From: Myxococcota bacterium
GTDB taxonomy: Bacteria; Myxococcota_A; SURF-8
Assembly: GCA_963674735.2 (NCBI GenBank)
Contig: CAXXQS010000002.1
Coordinates: 1,184,001 to 1,248,000 of the forward strand
Length of the DNA: 64,000 bases
Reading direction: 5' to 3'
Shown here: positions 62,267 to 64,000 of the stretch, piece after piece
Numbering within the stretch: position 1 is the first letter of the stretch
Layout: every line of letters starts with the position of its first letter
Notes under the pieces: model-generated
What the model was told of the DNA's origin: nothing
What the model saw: the letters and a program-made list of their open reading frames with translations, nothing else
The model's database searches: none
Program-made: the position numbers and the translations under genes

Positions 62267-64000
62267 GCTCACAAAGGAACTCGGGCTGGAGTTGAAGGAT
62301 CTGATCACCATTGCCCAAAGAGCGGGCGTGGTGATTCGGAACACCATGACCAGTGTCGAGGATGAAGACGTTCAAAAGATCGTCTCGGCGATGCAGTCCA
62401 CCACTCAAGAAAAAGTGGTGGAAAAACGCGTCGGTAAAAGCATTATCCGTCGACGCTCCGTTGTGCGAAAAAAGAAAGAGGCAGTTCCCGAAGAGGCTGA
62501 ACCGGCTGAGAAAGTCGAGACCGCCGAAGCGGCTGAACCGGCCGGACCTGATACAGACGCTGCACCGGAAGTGGAAGCTGCCGCAGTGAGCGGAGAACCT
62601 GCTCCGATGTCGGAAGCCGAAGCTGCGGTCGAGCCCGAGCCGGTGGTCGAACCCGAGGCTGCGGTCGAGCCTGAGCCGGTGGCCGAGCCTGAGCCGGTGG
62701 CCGAGCCTGAGCCGGTGGCCGAAGCGGTACGTGAGCCGGAAGAAGAAATCGCTTCCGAGTCTGTCGCCGAAGAGGTTGAAGCTGAACCGGCTGAGCCGGT
62801 TGAGGTTGAAGCACCGCAGACGGAGCCTGAGCTCCAATCGGGGAAAGCGGCCACCGCCGTTCCCGAAGGTGAGGTCGAAGCGAAAGACAAACCCAAGCGC
62901 AGACAGATTTCGCGCATTGTCAAACATATTGATCTTGAAGACTTGAAGCCGGCGCATAATGCGAATCAGCCTGCCGGTCCGCGCGGCGGGAGTCAGCCCC
63001 GACGTCCGGCGCCTGGGCGAAACCAGAGAGTCAGCTCGCCGGGACGCGGCAATAGTCCCGCTCCGGTCGATATCATTCAGCCTATTCTGGATCAACCGGG
63101 ACGTAAGCGCGGAAAAGGTTATGACAAAGCCGGTGCCGAGAGCGGTGATTCCGGCCGCGGCAAGCGGGGATACCGCAAGCGTCAGATCATCGACGACAGC
63201 TATATGGAGCGCCGCAACCGGGGCGGTCGCAAGAAAAAGAGCAAAGCCGCGTCGCAGCCCACTCCCGTAACGGCGATGAAAGCGTCCAAACGCGTGGTGA
63301 AAGTGGCCACCGACACGATCATCGTGTCCGATCTTGCCAAGCGTATGGGCATCAAAGCCGCCGAGATTATTTTCAAGCTCATGCAGATGGGTTTACAGGT
63401 CAATGTCAACCAAGCCATCGACCTGGATACCGCGACCCTGGTTGCCGATGAATTCGGTTATGAAATCGAGAATGTCGGTTTCGAAGAAGAAAACATCCTG
63501 GTCACCCATGTTGAGGGTGGTGTCGAAAATATGGTCCCGCGCGCACCGGTCGTGACGGTCATGGGCCATGTCGATCATGGTAAAACCAGCATCCTCGACT
63601 GTATTCGGAAAACCAACGTTACCGCCGGTGAGGCGGGTGGCATCACCCAGCATATCGGTGCTTACCAGGTGAAGCTCGGTGGCGGGTCCATCACCTTCCT
63701 CGATACGCCCGGCCATGAGGCGTTCACCTCCATGCGTGCCCGTGGCGCTCAGGTTACGGACATCGTGATTCTGGTTGTCGCCGCAGACGATGGTGTGATG
63801 CCGCAGACCGCCGAAGCCATCAACCATGCCAAAGCCGCCAATGTTCCCATCATCGTGGCGGTCAACAAAATCGATAAACCTGATGCCAATCCGAGTCGCG
63901 TACGCCAGGAGCTGATGCAATTTGAGCTGCTGGAAGAAAATCTGGGCGGCGATACGATCATGATCGACGTCTCGGCCAAGATGGGCAAAGGAATCGATAC
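62244..64000 (+). CDS. infB: Translation initiation factor IF-2 (partial, runs off the window)
   Basis: ATG at 62244 after GAGGAG; in-frame MGHVDHGKT at 63561, [22 protein letters not shown]. Confidence 0.97.
   Translation, partial: MGKRRAHELTKELGLELKDLITIAQRAGVVIRNTMTSVEDEDVQKIVSAMQSTTQEKVVEKRVGKSIIRRRSVVRKKKEAVPEEAEPAEKVETAEAAEPAGPDTDAAPEVEAAAVSGEPAPMSEAEAAVEPEPVVEPEAAVEPEPVAEPEPVAEPEPVAEAVREPEEEIASESVAEEVEAEPAEPVEVEAPQTEPELQSGKAATAVPEGEVEAKDKPKRRQISRIVKHIDLEDLKPAHNANQPAGPRGGSQPRRPAPGRNQRVSSPGRGNSPAPVDIIQPILDQPGRKRGKGYDKAGAESGDSGRGKRGYRKRQIIDDSYMERRNRGGRKKKSKAASQPTPVTAMKASKRVVKVATDTIIVSDLAKRMGIKAAEIIFKLMQMGLQVNVNQAIDLDTATLVADEFGYEIENVGFEEENILVTHVEGGVENMVPRAPVVTVMGHVDHGKTSILDCIRKTNVTAGEAGGITQHIGAYQVKLGGGSITFLDTPGHEAFTSMRARGAQVTDIVILVVAADDGVMPQTAEAINHAKAANVPIIVAVNKIDKPDANPSRVRQELMQFELLEENLGGDTIMIDVSAKMGKGID

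Overview
GC-rich (~60%) bacterial chromosomal window. The gene content and the many cysteine-rich, acidic lipoproteins suggest a deltaproteobacterial/Myxococcota-like lineage (inference). Housekeeping blocks: clpP-clpX-lon, tdh-kbl, rqcH, a RamB/ScfR-type regulator divergent from aceB-aceA, kdsB-kdsA, and rimP-nusA-ylxR/ylxQ fusion-infB (infB partial and missing from the ORF track). Between them lie many exported proteins: a family of small CxxxC lipoproteins (three in tandem), a GH36 lipoprotein, a FadL-like barrel with a partner lipoprotein, and an OMP-PEGA-giant repeat lipoprotein operon. No tRNA, rRNA, CRISPR array, integrase, transposase or reverse transcriptase was recognised. Best candidates for undescribed biology: (1) a ~370-nt sigma54-driven non-coding RNA rich in anti-Shine-Dalgarno motifs, directly downstream of a REC-PAS-AAA+ activator gene and its probable enhancer; (2) an orphan ParA fused to two TRASH-like Cys domains, paired with a small ribbon-helix-helix protein; (3) a 1846-aa modular surface lipoprotein whose low-GC FGE-type domain ends in a DGR variable-repeat-like segment, with no DGR machinery in the window; (4) a low-GC ApeA-like HEPN gene coupled to rqcH; (5) an unannotated 47-aa membrane peptide with a hairpin-sequestered RBS; (6) a hairpin-rich Frpo-like intergenic element. 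All calls come from reading the sequence; no searches were run.
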